Source: Verrucomicrobiota bacterium (GTDB lineage Bacteria; Verrucomicrobiota; Verrucomicrobiia; Methylacidiphilales; JBCCWR01). Taken from it: a stretch of DNA of 64,000 nucleotides. The notes under the pieces were generated by a model. That model searched no databases. It had not been told where the DNA came from and saw only the letters and a list, made by a program, of their open reading frames with translations. The translations under genes and the position numbers were made by a program. The stretch is from assembly GCA_039192515.1 (NCBI GenBank), contig JBCCXA010000009.1, positions 925 through 64,924 on the forward strand, given 5' to 3'. Numbering within the stretch: position 1 is the first letter of the stretch; each line of letters starts with the position of its first letter. Of this stretch, positions 28,580 to 38,261 are shown in pieces.

Positions 28580-30991
28580 ATGATGCGACTTCTTAAGCTT
28601 AACTGCGTAATAAGTCTATTTATTTCCACTGTTTTTTGCCAATCTGAGGAAAGCGCTAACTTGTATACTGATCCCAACACAGGTGAGAAAATTTTTGTAT
28701 TAAAGGAAATTCTTGTGCAAGCAGATGCAATTATTGCTGTAGAGGATACAAAATTCCGAGCCAAGAAGAATACTTCAGGAATAGGTCTTGAGGTAGATCG
28801 CATGAATTCGCCAGTTACTGTTAACACCTTAACCTCAGAACTTCTTGAAACGCAGCAAACGGTGGATATTCGGGAAGCTTTTGATAATATTGCTGGGGTC
28901 ACTCAGTCAGGGAGTGGTAGTAAGGAGTTACCTATTATTCGAGGGTTTGATGCGAGGCGTTCTATTTTTAAAAATAACTCACGCGTAGGTGGTGCAGCGC
29001 CTCTTGGAGAGCTATTAGCTCCCACGACGGAGGTTAGTAATATCGAAAGAGTTGAAGTTCTAAAAGGTCCTTCAGCTATTCTATATGGTAACATGGAACC
29101 TGGTGGAATTATTAACTATATAACGGAATCCCCGGAGCAGTTTTTTGGTGCTGAGGCCAAGGCATTTTACGGATCAGAAGATTTTCTCAAAGGCTTGCTG
29201 GACATTACTGGCCCAATTGGAGAAAGTGATTTCTCTTACCGGGTTAATGCCTCTTGGACAGAACAAGATACCTATCGAGGATCTCTTAGAGATCAGGATA
29301 GGCTTTTCCTAGCTCCTGCTTTAAGCTGGCAGCCCTCAGAGGACACCCTTATGCTTTTTAGAGGTGAATTTACTCAAGATAATGTTCCTACGGATGCGGG
29401 TTTATTCTATGACCGTGGCAATGCAGTGCCCAATACAAATCAATCAACGGTTTATGGGGTGCCTAACATCAATATAGAGGAGACCGAGATCGTAAGAGGT
29501 GATCTTGACTTTGAACACCGTTTCTCGGATTTTTTTAAAATTGACTATCACGGTAGCTTTAATCAGATGAGAAAAAGAATTAATCAATCAGCATTAGTTC
29601 CTATCCAAGAGGTTTTAGATTCTGCAGCAATTCTTGCTACATTATTTGGTGGCACACCGAGAGTCTCAAACTTCGATTCCAGTGCTATGCTCATTGATGA
29701 TACTGTTATACAAGAGGGCAACTATACAGGCTTCACTGTCTTCGCAGTGGCTGAATTACTTGAGTTAGGATTCCTAGGAGATCCTCCACTTACCTATGGC
29801 ACGGCCCAAGAAGGTAGTGTTCTAGTGCTTCATCAGAATAACAAAGTTTATACAAATGAATATGGGGCTCAGGCTAATCATATCTTTGAGTTTGAAACGG
29901 GTGAAGCTTTTGATCAGGCAATATCCCACCAAATGTTAGTCCGTTTCGATATGGAGTTTTTACCTTACGAGTTCTACTCTAGCGACTCTGGGTTAATATT
30001 CGGTCTTCAGGATGCAATCGATCCTGTTTATCCTGAGACTCTTGATTTTCTACCACTTCAGCTTACCACAGATGAGGAGACTTTTTCTTATGGTATCTCT
30101 GCTCAACATTTGATTTCTTTTGGTGAATATTTACATATTTTATTAGGTGGGCGTTTTAGTCATTTTGATCGAGATTATAAGGATCAAGATATTATCTTAG
30201 AAAATGGTGATGTAGACACTGGTCTTGGGTTTACAGACACATCAGATTCCATTGACCCACGCTTCGGTGTGGTGTTGAGGCCTATCGAGGAAATGTCTGT
30301 CTATGGTGCTTTTTCAACTGCGTTTAATACAGAGAATAGAATAACTAGAGTTGGAGCACCTGTAAAACCTACCACTTCAGAGCAAATCGAGGTAGGAATG
30401 AAGTTCGATCTCCTAAAAAGTAGGCTAGGTATCGAGTTCTCATTATTCCAAGTGATCAAACAAGACTTAGTCGTTGTCGATCCCACGAATGATCGTTTTG
30501 CTGAGCCTGCCGAAAATTTTTATCTCAACATTGGGGAAGAAACAACCCGAGGCTTAGAATTAGAAATCACAGGAGAACTTTTTAGTGGCTTCGATCTTCA
30601 GCTCAGTTACGCCTATCTCGACGCAAGGCTTAGTAATGATGAAACGCGTGGCTATACAGGGAATCGCAAAAAAGGCGTCCCTTACCACAGTGGAAGTATT
30701 TCAGCCGTTTATGAGGTGCAGGAGGGTGCTTTGAAAGGGTTTGGTATGGGCACGAGCTGTTTTTTACGTGATACGGTGCAAAATGATGACGCCAATACCT
30801 TTACGCTATATGGCTGGGTGCGTAACGATGCATTGATCTACTACCGGCAAGAGCACTGGAAAGCCCAAATTAATTTTAAAAACATCTTTGATGTAGAATA
30901 CTTACTTCCCGCTGGAACGGAATCGACTCCTAATACCGTTTTTCCTGCTCCTCCTTTTACAATTATTGGCTCTTTAGGAGTTAATTTTTGA
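28580..30991 (+). CDS. TonB-dependent receptor (siderophore-receptor-like)
   Basis: Plug motifs IIRGF and NIERVEVLKGPSAILYGNMEPGGIINYIT. Barrel strands, NFKNIFDVEY, C-terminal Phe. Confidence 0.92.
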   Translation: MMRLLKLNCVISLFISTVFCQSEESANLYTDPNTGEKIFVLKEILVQADAIIAVEDTKFRAKKNTSGIGLEVDRMNSPVTVNTLTSELLETQQTVDIREAFDNIAGVTQSGSGSKELPIIRGFDARRSIFKNNSRVGGAAPLGELLAPTTEVSNIERVEVLKGPSAILYGNMEPGGIINYITESPEQFFGAEAKAFYGSEDFLKGLLDITGPIGESDFSYRVNASWTEQDTYRGSLRDQDRLFLAPALSWQPSEDTLMLFRGEFTQDNVPTDAGLFYDRGNAVPNTNQSTVYGVPNINIEETEIVRGDLDFEHRFSDFFKIDYHGSFNQMRKRINQSALVPIQEVLDSAAILATLFGGTPRVSNFDSSAMLIDDTVIQEGNYTGFTVFAVAELLELGFLGDPPLTYGTAQEGSVLVLHQNNKVYTNEYGAQANHIFEFETGEAFDQAISHQMLVRFDMEFLPYEFYSSDSGLIFGLQDAIDPVYPETLDFLPLQLTTDEETFSYGISAQHLISFGEYLHILLGGRFSHFDRDYKDQDIILENGDVDTGLGFTDTSDSIDPRFGVVLRPIEEMSVYGAFSTAFNTENRITRVGAPVKPTTSEQIEVGMKFDLLKSRLGIEFSLFQVIKQDLVVVDPTNDRFAEPAENFYLNIGEETTRGLELEITGELFSGFDLQLSYAYLDARLSNDETRGYTGNRKKGVPYHSGSISAVYEVQEGALKGFGMGTSCFLRDTVQNDDANTFTLYGWVRNDALIYYRQEHWKAQINFKNIFDVEYLLPAGTESTPNTVFPAPPFTIIGSLGVNF

Positions 30992-31055
30992 TTTTTTGAT
31001 CAAAAATTTGGACTGATTGCAGGAGGTTAGACGGCGATTGAGCAATTTTATTGCT

Positions 31056-31074
31056 ATTGAGACTTAATCTCTTT
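31056..31074. promoter_or_regulatory. Fur-like 19-bp operator
   Basis: ATTGAGACTTAATCTCTTT, 14 bp upstream of ATG 31089. Confidence 0.5.
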
Positions 31075-31088
31075 ATACACGTTAGCGC

Positions 31089-32069
31089 ATGAAGAAACCG
31101 AAGTTTAGACTCTCTTTAGTTTTAGCAACAATACTAGGAATAGCAACGCCATCCTATTCTGCGACTTTTGATCTAGATTTGACCGCAGATGGTGATAGCC
31201 GTTGGTTTGAATATTTTGCGGACGCCTTCGCTCAAATCGATCAAGGCTTCTTTAATGGTACGACAATACCCAATCCAGATCCAGTTCTTGATGGATTCTT
31301 CTTCATCAGTGAACTTCCCAATTTAGTTCCTATCCAGGGCGGGAGTACGGGGACAGGCGGTGCTGCTACTGGTGCAGATATTTTTCCTTTTGAGGAAAAT
31401 TTTTCGAACATTGGTTCTATTACCTATGATGATTCTGGTCTGACAAACATTGGCGTGGAGATTGCCCCAATCACGGGCATTATCATGGATTGGGTAACTT
31501 ATGTTTCGGATCTCGGTACTATCATCGAGAATGCCAACTCGCAAGATGATGGTGAAAACTCATATGAAACCTTTTTCTCTAATTTAGTTGGTGAGGTGAA
31601 GTTATTAGATGGTGCGGTAATAGACATTAGTCTGACAGCGGATATCACATTTACTTATGTCGACTTTAAAATAAGTCCTTCTGCACCTACAGAAGATATT
31701 GATTTCCAAGGTGTGTTTACCATAAGTGACGGTGAATTTGATCTCTTTGTTGATGAAACAGAAAACTACATACTTTTCTCTGATAACGTTCGAGTAGCCT
31801 GGGACGTTGAGGGTATTGTCAATAATTTGGCAACCCCTCGTATAGCTCCTGACATTGAATTTGTCTCTGCACCATCGCTTGGTGTAAGATTAAGTTGGCC
31901 TTCAGTGACAGGCTGCAGCTATCAAGTCAAAAGATCGACAACGGGAGTTGATGGTGCAGACTTCCAAGACTTTGGCAGTTCCATTGCTGGAGACGGCACG
32001 ACCAAGGAAATAACAGACAGCGCGTTAGGCGCAAATGCCTTTTACACCGTCGAGGTGTTTTTTCCATAA
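31089..32069 (+). CDS. Exported protein paralogous to the PEP-CTERM proteins but with a different C-terminal beta-domain
   Basis: Signal peptide. DLTADGDSRWFEYFADAFAQID aligns with DLTANGSSRVYDYFSNGYAQVD of 26007..26693. Ends LSWPSVTGCSYQVKRS...FYTVEV instead of PEP-CTERM. Confidence 0.85.
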   Translation: MKKPKFRLSLVLATILGIATPSYSATFDLDLTADGDSRWFEYFADAFAQIDQGFFNGTTIPNPDPVLDGFFFISELPNLVPIQGGSTGTGGAATGADIFPFEENFSNIGSITYDDSGLTNIGVEIAPITGIIMDWVTYVSDLGTIIENANSQDDGENSYETFFSNLVGEVKLLDGAVIDISLTADITFTYVDFKISPSAPTEDIDFQGVFTISDGEFDLFVDETENYILFSDNVRVAWDVEGIVNNLATPRIAPDIEFVSAPSLGVRLSWPSVTGCSYQVKRSTTGVDGADFQDFGSSIAGDGTTKEITDSALGANAFYTVEVFFP

Positions 32070-32136
32070 TCACTTCGTTTTAATTCTATTAAATGATGGA
32101 TACCACATTTAGCTTACAACCCAATAAATTTTTGTA

Positions 32137-32155
32137 AATGAGACTCATTTGCATT
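32137..32155. promoter_or_regulatory. Fur-like 19-bp operator
   Basis: AATGAGACTCATTTGCATT, 14/18 match to AATGATAAT-n-ATTATCATT. Directly abuts a TTGACT -35-like hexamer. Confidence 0.6.
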
Positions 32156-32227
32156 TGACTCCTCCACGAATTCTGTTATTTAAATGTCATAGTCTAGTTA
32201 GACATAACAACTAAAATAATAAAAAAT

Positions 32228-33154
32228 ATGAATAGATACCTAATAATTGCAATGGCCGCTATGGTCTCGTTGGCGACTGCGCCAAACACATCAAAAGCTG
32301 ATGAATTCTTGTTAACCTTCAACGCTACTCTTAATAGCTATTCTGGACCCGCAGGAGCTGATCCATTTAACCCCACAAGCCTATTAGGGTCGCAAATTGC
32401 TGCCAATCCGGATTTAGGGATTCTTGAGGGCCAATTTATTGTAAAAGACTTTGATGCCAACTTCACAGGCACAATTACGACTGCTACATCAGGTGCCGAG
32501 CTCTTTATTCATTCGCCTGTTCTTGAGCGTGTTGAGGCTTACACAACACGAGTAAGTAGTTCATCTCCTCTCGGAACACCAGTAAATACAAAGTATCTAC
32601 TACCAAGAACCGCAACAACTACCACCACTGATGAAAATGGCCTTACCTCAACAGGATTCTTCGGAACTGCAACAGCGACCTTTGTAAACGGTGAAGTTAC
32701 ATCATTTAGTTACAGCCAGGGTCCCGATACTTTAGCATCGTTTGACTTCCGCTTCGACCCCTTTAGTATCGAAGGTTTAGACATCACCACAGGTGATGAG
32801 ACTGGCTTTGAATTAGTTGGAACTTTTGATCTAGATACGCCTGGCGATGCTGATGCTGTGCCTTACGGTTTCTTCAACACTCTGACACCTGCACCAAGTA
32901 GCACCGTTTTGCAAACAACACGTGGTGATCTAGCAATTGAGTTGGCAGCTGGTGCAATATTAGATGGAAGAGAGAGCAGCGGAGGTCAGCCTCTTGATTT
33001 TGATCCATTAGATGGAACAGGCACACTTTACTATTACGACACGACATCACTTGACGCTAGTCTTGAAGTCGTTCCTGAGCCTAGCACCTATGCTTTACTA
33101 GGTTTTGGAGGTGCAGCTTTATTTGCTCTTAGGCGGTTTCGTCGTCGCAAGTAA
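32228..33154 (+). CDS. PEP-CTERM surface protein
   Basis: Signal peptide. C-terminal VVPEPSTYALLGFGGAALFALRRFRRRK. Confidence 0.9.
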   Translation: MNRYLIIAMAAMVSLATAPNTSKADEFLLTFNATLNSYSGPAGADPFNPTSLLGSQIAANPDLGILEGQFIVKDFDANFTGTITTATSGAELFIHSPVLERVEAYTTRVSSSSPLGTPVNTKYLLPRTATTTTTDENGLTSTGFFGTATATFVNGEVTSFSYSQGPDTLASFDFRFDPFSIEGLDITTGDETGFELVGTFDLDTPGDADAVPYGFFNTLTPAPSSTVLQTTRGDLAIELAAGAILDGRESSGGQPLDFDPLDGTGTLYYYDTTSLDASLEVVPEPSTYALLGFGGAALFALRRFRRRK

Positions 33155-33185
33155 AATATTTAACCATTAACTTTATCTAAGTTTT

Positions 33186-33218
33186 GAAAGAGCCCTTAGT
33201 TACTACGAGGGCTTTTTC
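33186..33218 (+). terminator. Intrinsic terminator
   Basis: gaaagAGCCCT-tagttactacg-AGGGCTttttc, downstream of the 33154 stop. Confidence 0.7.
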
Positions 33219-33405
33219 AATGTATCGCGACTTACCGAGATTTGATTACGGCCTAGCAGGAAGCAGGCTTATGCGTGATATCAAAATAGGATTTTCCTGA
33301 AACCTTTCGTTGATAAAACTTTTAAAGAGAGAAGAGAATTTGGAGAGGTTCTGAAGAGTTAACCATTAAGTGAGTTAGAGGCGTTAAGGAATCAAAAGAA
33401 AGCTT

Positions 33406-33684
33406 TCATTTCTGCGAGTCGCCATAGGAGCGCCAAGGTTGAAAAGCTATGACGATGGTCATCATTTCACTAAGTCGCATCTTACTCCTTCTGTTGCGTT
33501 GCCTCTTGGATCCTCGTGGCAACCCTTTTTGTTTCCACTTATGCTGGTGCTCCAGACAATAATCGTCTATCTCTACACAGAGTTCTGTGAAAGGAACTCT
33601 GGACTCTTGGTGTTGTTTTCTTTTCATACATTAAACTTCTTCCAAGAGTCTTTTTTTGTACAGATTCTTATCCCGAACTCAGGT
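33406..33684 (-). mobile_element. IS982-family remnant (left end plus truncated transposase N-terminus)
   Basis: ELCVEIDDYC...KRQRNRRSKMRLSEMMTIVIAF resembles an IS982 transposase start. ACCTGAGTTCGGGATAAG at 33684-33667 resembles an IS982-type terminal repeat. The ORF stops after 73 aa. Confidence 0.7.
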
Positions 33685-33775
33685 TTATAAATAATCAGAT
33701 AGTTGCCATGACTTAAAACCCTCAAGTTATTATAAATTTTGTGGCGATAAGGTTTCCCAATAAAAGGAGATTTGC

Positions 33776-33901
33776 TTAATGATTGAGCTCTATCAAAGAT
33801 TCATCACGAATAGGATCATCTTGAAAAGTATATTCTGCGATTCCTCTAAGATGTATTTTGGCTTCAGGAGTAATAGCTACTTGAAAGAATTTTTGATCCA
33901 T
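33776..33901 (-). pseudogene. Truncated ParE/RelE-like toxin
   Basis: MDQKFFQVAITPEAKIHLRGIAEYTFQDDP... resembles a ParE N-terminus. It stops after 41 aa and overlaps the upstream antitoxin-like gene. Confidence 0.55.
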
Positions 33902-34070
33902 TCAGAAAATTCTTTCCTAGCATCTTCTAGAGTGATTGTTTGAACAGCCTCACTTTGTGACGACTGCGTTCTAAAGAGTCGTGAAGACGGGTGTCCTGTA
34001 TAATATCTTCCACAGTTACATCATCAGGAGCATTCTCCATAACGTTGTATACTATTTCCTTCACCCTCAT
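33877..34070 (-). pseudogene. Frameshifted addiction-module antitoxin
   Basis: MRVKEIVYNVMENAPDDVTVEDIIQ... continues in another frame as EAVQTITLEDARKEFSEW, typical of the small antitoxins found upstream of parE. Confidence 0.55.
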
Positions 34071-34260
34071 ATTATTGTCCAAGCTAAGAATTCGGAGTTT
34101 TCCAAAGAAAATCACCTTTACATTATCGACGGTTAGTAGATTTCTAAGACGAAAAATACCCGTAGCACTTTCAGGTTGTATTTGTAAATCATTGATTTAT
34201 GACAAGTTAGATTATTATTAAGTGTATTCAATAATTTCTGTTTTAAAGAACAATCTTAGG

Positions 34261-34635
34261 TCCAGAATGCGCCAGAGCTATTAACAAAGGCACCATTACG
34301 GTTCTCTCAGATCCTACCAATCCAGATAATGCAGAAATCGAAATCTCACCTCTTATTCTAAGTGAAGCGGCGGCGCTGTCGTGCTATGGGAGAAAGAATC
34401 TCCGGTAGCAACACCTGATGCACCCTCTGCACAATGGACCTGGCAACAAAAAGATCTGACTGATCTCTTACCCGATTCCGAAGCCAACGGCTTACAAAGA
34501 CTCACCTATGCCACCGATATCTCCAACACCGGCTGGATTACCGCTAAGGGCGTGGATCATGAAGGCAAGGAGCTTGAGGTGGCATTGTATATGGCAGTTT
34601 TTGGTTTTATACCGGTCCAGCAAGGTCGGAGATGA
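34261..34635 (+). pseudogene. Fragment of an extracellular beta-propeller/HAF-repeat-like protein
   Basis: KDLTDLLPDS..LQRLTYATDISNTGWITAKG resembles the last blade of HAF/DUF3466-like proteins. No convincing start or signal peptide. Confidence 0.3.
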
Positions 34636-34754
34636 GTGTAGGTATTGGTGAATTGCGTTTTTGTAAAGTGCCGGTAATCACCGACGTTTAAACTATTTGC
34701 CATTATTCAGCTGCAAAGTAGCAACAACTTATCCATTGACACTTACTTTCTTTA

Positions 34755-35420
34755 TCAAAGAATGCTTATTTCATGAATCCATTTCAGAGATCGATTATTT
34801 CGATGGGCCCCAGGCTTCCTTTCGTAATGATTATATTTTATTTGTTTCATCTCTGCGTACTCCACAAAAATGGCAGCTAATAAGCTTTCATTTTGAGGTA
34901 TCTTTAAATATTCAAAGATCTCAGGGCTTCTCAATTTACCTCCACTTGACCAATACGTCCCCATCCCATATGCAGTCAACATCAGTAAGAGATTTTGCAC
35001 CATTGCAGAAGACGCAGCCAAATGTTCTTCATTTCGCATCTTAATTTGTACTTCTTGATCGGGGTTGAAAGAAGAAGAAGGTTCCTCAGGAAGCCAGGTT
35101 ATAAGGATCAAGGCACTACAAGCGGTGGCAAGTTTAGGTTCCTTAGTTTTAATACCTAATTTCTCCACTAGATATTTAGCGGCTTGGTAAGCTTCTTCTT
35201 TCCACAAAATGTAGGCTCTCCAAGGCTCAGAAACATCATTGATATCTCTTGGATAGTGAAATGGAGCCCAACCGGCTATTTCTAAGGAGTAGTGTACAGA
35301 TTTACGGTTTTTTTCATCAATATGGGATGGAATAGCTTCATAATGCTCGAGAGAGCACATGACTTTTTCTGTGACTCGTTCTCGGATTATCCTTTGCATA
35401 GTTTGCACATCATTTGACAT
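34755..35420 (-). CDS. Nitroreductase-family protein
   Basis: IIRERVTEK, LEIAGWAPFH, EPWRAY and SSAMVQNLLLMLTAYGMGTYWSSG. Start placed at MSNDV. Confidence 0.8.
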   Translation of the reverse strand: MSNDVQTMQRIIRERVTEKVMCSLEHYEAIPSHIDEKNRKSVHYSLEIAGWAPFHYPRDINDVSEPWRAYILWKEEAYQAAKYLVEKLGIKTKEPKLATACSALILITWLPEEPSSSFNPDQEVQIKMRNEEHLAASSAMVQNLLLMLTAYGMGTYWSSGGKLRSPEIFEYLKIPQNESLLAAIFVEYAEMKQIKYNHYERKPGAHRNNRSLKWIHEISIL

Positions 35421-35712
35421 AGCTATAAACATACCTGGGGAATTTGAAGATGATAGCCTGGAATAGGCCACATTATTTTATCTGTGACATTGGATGTAAT
35501 TTTTAGGTGATATCTAAGGCTAGAAAATTGCTTGGTATCTGTATGGCGAGTTGTCATCTCAGAATAAAGAAGCTACTGAAAAATGAACTAAGTCTAAGCT
35601 AATTTTTTTGAAGCAGTTCTTTCATATTTCTCTTTCAACCCGATTATTTCTCAAGGGTGAGACTTTCTAAGCGAGAATTGATAAAAAACGATCTATAGTC
35701 TAGAGTTGTAAT

Positions 35713-36174
35713 GTGAAGTGCATATTTCTTCTATTTTTTCTTCAACTGTCTGTTTCTAATCTTTTTGCCTTACGAGGCAAAGTGGTAAGTGTTATCGAGG
35801 GAGATGTGATTCATTTTAAGGCAGATTCAAATCACGAATATAAGATAAGGCTCTATGGTATTGATGCTCCTGAGATGAAGCAGCAGCATGGGAAAGAGGC
35901 TAAGAAGGTGTTGGCTGATAAGATATTAAAGAAGAGCGTGAGGATTGAGGTAAATGGTATGGATCGCTATGGCCGCACGACTGGCATTGTTGTCCTAGAC
36001 AAAATAAGTATCAACCGCTGGCTTGTTGAAAATGGATGGGCATGGCAATACAGACAATATGACCAATCAGATGTTCTCCGCGATGCACAGAAATCAGCTC
36101 ATAGGAAAAGGCTGGGTTTATGGCAGGGAACAAATCCTATCCCACCTTGGGAATTTAGGAAGAATGTTAAATAA
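35713..36174 (+). CDS. Thermonuclease (SNase-like) family exported protein
   Basis: GKVVSVIEGD, IRLYGIDAPE, DRYGRTTG, LVENGWAW, LGLWQGTNPIPPWEFR. Confidence 0.88.
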   Translation: MKCIFLLFFLQLSVSNLFALRGKVVSVIEGDVIHFKADSNHEYKIRLYGIDAPEMKQQHGKEAKKVLADKILKKSVRIEVNGMDRYGRTTGIVVLDKISINRWLVENGWAWQYRQYDQSDVLRDAQKSAHRKRLGLWQGTNPIPPWEFRKNVK

Positions 36175-36632
36175 ATGGGCGGTCTATATTTCAAGGTTAC
36201 AACTGCCTTAAACTCACATAATGCTATAGACACTTAAAGATCTGCGCAAGATCTTGGCCTCAAGGAGCACTGATACTACTCAAAATATCACCTTTGAATA
36301 TGTCTTTGCAGACCCTGTTTAAGAAAATATCCAAAATCCTTAGGCGTATCTGGGTTATAGGTAAGAAGATGATAACCAACATGAAAATAAATAGAGCCAA
36401 GAGAAGTGCAATTGGAGTTGTTACTCGTGGTATTGACTTTCATTAGGAATGCTCAAGATAGTCATTGAGTTCGATAAGAAAAAGAAGTGACTTGGGCAAT
36501 TGAGAAGGAAATACCGTAGAGATTAAACATTTTATTAAAATGGTAACCACAGTGTGACATAATTAGTTTGAAAATGTCTTTATAAATTTTGAAAGGAAGC
36601 TAATTCATTTAAATAAGAGAACGAGAATAGCT

Positions 36633-37490
36633 ATGGAAAATGATATTGTATACATCTCTACCGACTGTGGGACCTCCTATACAACTAAATCCAAACAACA
36701 GATACATAAGGAATGGAAAGAAGGGTCCATCAATGACGACCGATTGGTTTGGCATGATGAGAAATGGATTCAAATCAAGGATCTATTTGCCGGTTTTAAG
36801 GAAACGGCAAAGCTGGCAAAGCAGAGGATTAAGAGGCTTACCCAGAAGATTACGGCGGTGAATCTTGAGCAAGCCCAGCAGCCCCATTCTTCAAAATACG
36901 AAGTGAAGCAGGTGTCTGCTGCAGCAGTGCCCCAAGCTGGATATAGATCTTCATACCAGAGTCCTTTGATTAAGAAGAAAGGAAATTATCTTAGTAAGCT
37001 AACCTTTATTTTATTCATTCCATTTAGTTTTATAGTAGCTTATGGATGCTACTCCACGATTGTTTTTTTTCCGCAAACACTAGATCAAATTCCTTTATCG
37101 CAGGAAGTTGGGGTGACATTAAAATTACAAAACTATATCAAGGCAAATGTCTTGGAGGTTAATTTATCAGGTCGTTATGCAAGTCCTTCTGCTCTTATCC
37201 AGGATCTTAACTCTATAGCCCAAGGAGCGCAACAAGCTCCACTATTTGGTATTCAATACGATTATGTTAGAATAGTTGCGGGAGATAAAGTTTTCCTTAT
37301 TCAAGATGAGGGATGGAATGCTGTTTCAAACTTAAATGGTGAAGTGAAACAAGCCAAAGAGCAAATTGGCGCAGTAATTTATGACAACAACGGCCATCTC
37401 CTTTCAAATGAACATACTTTAGAAGACAAGGACGTGGCTCATTTAAAAGCCTTTAATGATTTTTATGCTCATGTCTCAATTAGTATGTAG
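36633..37490 (+). CDS. Hypothetical membrane protein, possible N-terminal GYF_2-like domain
   Basis: N-terminal EGSINDDRLVWHDEKWIQIKDL and one central hydrophobic segment. Confidence 0.6.
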   Translation: MENDIVYISTDCGTSYTTKSKQQIHKEWKEGSINDDRLVWHDEKWIQIKDLFAGFKETAKLAKQRIKRLTQKITAVNLEQAQQPHSSKYEVKQVSAAAVPQAGYRSSYQSPLIKKKGNYLSKLTFILFIPFSFIVAYGCYSTIVFFPQTLDQIPLSQEVGVTLKLQNYIKANVLEVNLSGRYASPSALIQDLNSIAQGAQQAPLFGIQYDYVRIVAGDKVFLIQDEGWNAVSNLNGEVKQAKEQIGAVIYDNNGHLLSNEHTLEDKDVAHLKAFNDFYAHVSISM

Positions 37491-37647
37491 CGGATCATTT
37501 TGAATTTTTGATTTCTAGATATGCATTGAGGAAGTTATGGATGTCTGCTGTCTGGCAATCCGAAGACCAAATCTAGCATTCCAGGTAAAAATCTATCAGA
37601 ATATTACGCTAGCAAGGTGGCGTCTTTCGGCATAGTATGATTGTTAC

Positions 37648-38238
37648 GTGGACATGATACAAAAAGTAAGAATGCATGCTGCATTAGTGCTAGCACTCTT
37701 TAGCTTCTCTGAGTTACCTTGTTGTGCTGTAGGGCCTCCCATCGATCTATCAAACGGCTATACTGCTGAAACAACGACTACGACACAGGGTATGGAGGTA
37801 AAAAGCAAAATTTATTTTGCCTCTAATAAAATGCGTACAGAATCAAATATTATGGGGCAGTCTATCATTACCATCGTTCGTCAAGATAAGAAAGTGATTT
37901 GGAATTTGATGGAGCAGATGAAAACTTATATGGAAATGCCTCTTACTGAGATGACTAGCCAACCACTAGCTTATCAACCCGCCTCAGATGCTAAGTGGGA
38001 AAACTTAGGAGAAGAGAGCATTGATAACCAAGCTGCTGTTAAATGGTCAGTGACATTTGATGTAGATGGTAAAAAGCAACTGGCTTATTATTGGTTGCGT
38101 CAAGAGGATGATGTTCTTATTCGCTCTGAAGTCCAAGGTGTGGTGACAACATGGAAAAATGTAAAATTAGGACAGCCCGATGCGAAGCTTTTCGAGTTAC
38201 CAACAGGTTACACAAAAATCTCAGTACCAGGTATGTAG
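37648..38238 (+). CDS. Exported DUF4412/LolA-fold-like protein
   Basis: Signal peptide. KIYFASNKMRTE, IIVRQDKKVIW, LGEESIDNQAAVKW and PDAKLFELPTGY. Confidence 0.65.
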   Translation: MDMIQKVRMHAALVLALFSFSELPCCAVGPPIDLSNGYTAETTTTTQGMEVKSKIYFASNKMRTESNIMGQSIITIVRQDKKVIWNLMEQMKTYMEMPLTEMTSQPLAYQPASDAKWENLGEESIDNQAAVKWSVTFDVDGKKQLAYYWLRQEDDVLIRSEVQGVVTTWKNVKLGQPDAKLFELPTGYTKISVPGM

Positions 38239-38261
38239 TGCGAGAGAAGTTAGGACTATGA

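Noticed and set aside
1948-30991. Interpreting the NRPS/PKS product as a siderophore because a TonB receptor is adjacent
   Set aside because: No ornithine/lysine hydroxylase, Asp/Asn beta-hydroxylase, catechol genes or cyclisation domains are in the window, and no Fur-like box was seen at the BGC promoter. The link is possible but unsupported.
36461-36480. TGAGTTCGATAAG resembling an IS982 end
   Set aside because: Short, with no transposase remnant or partner repeat nearby.
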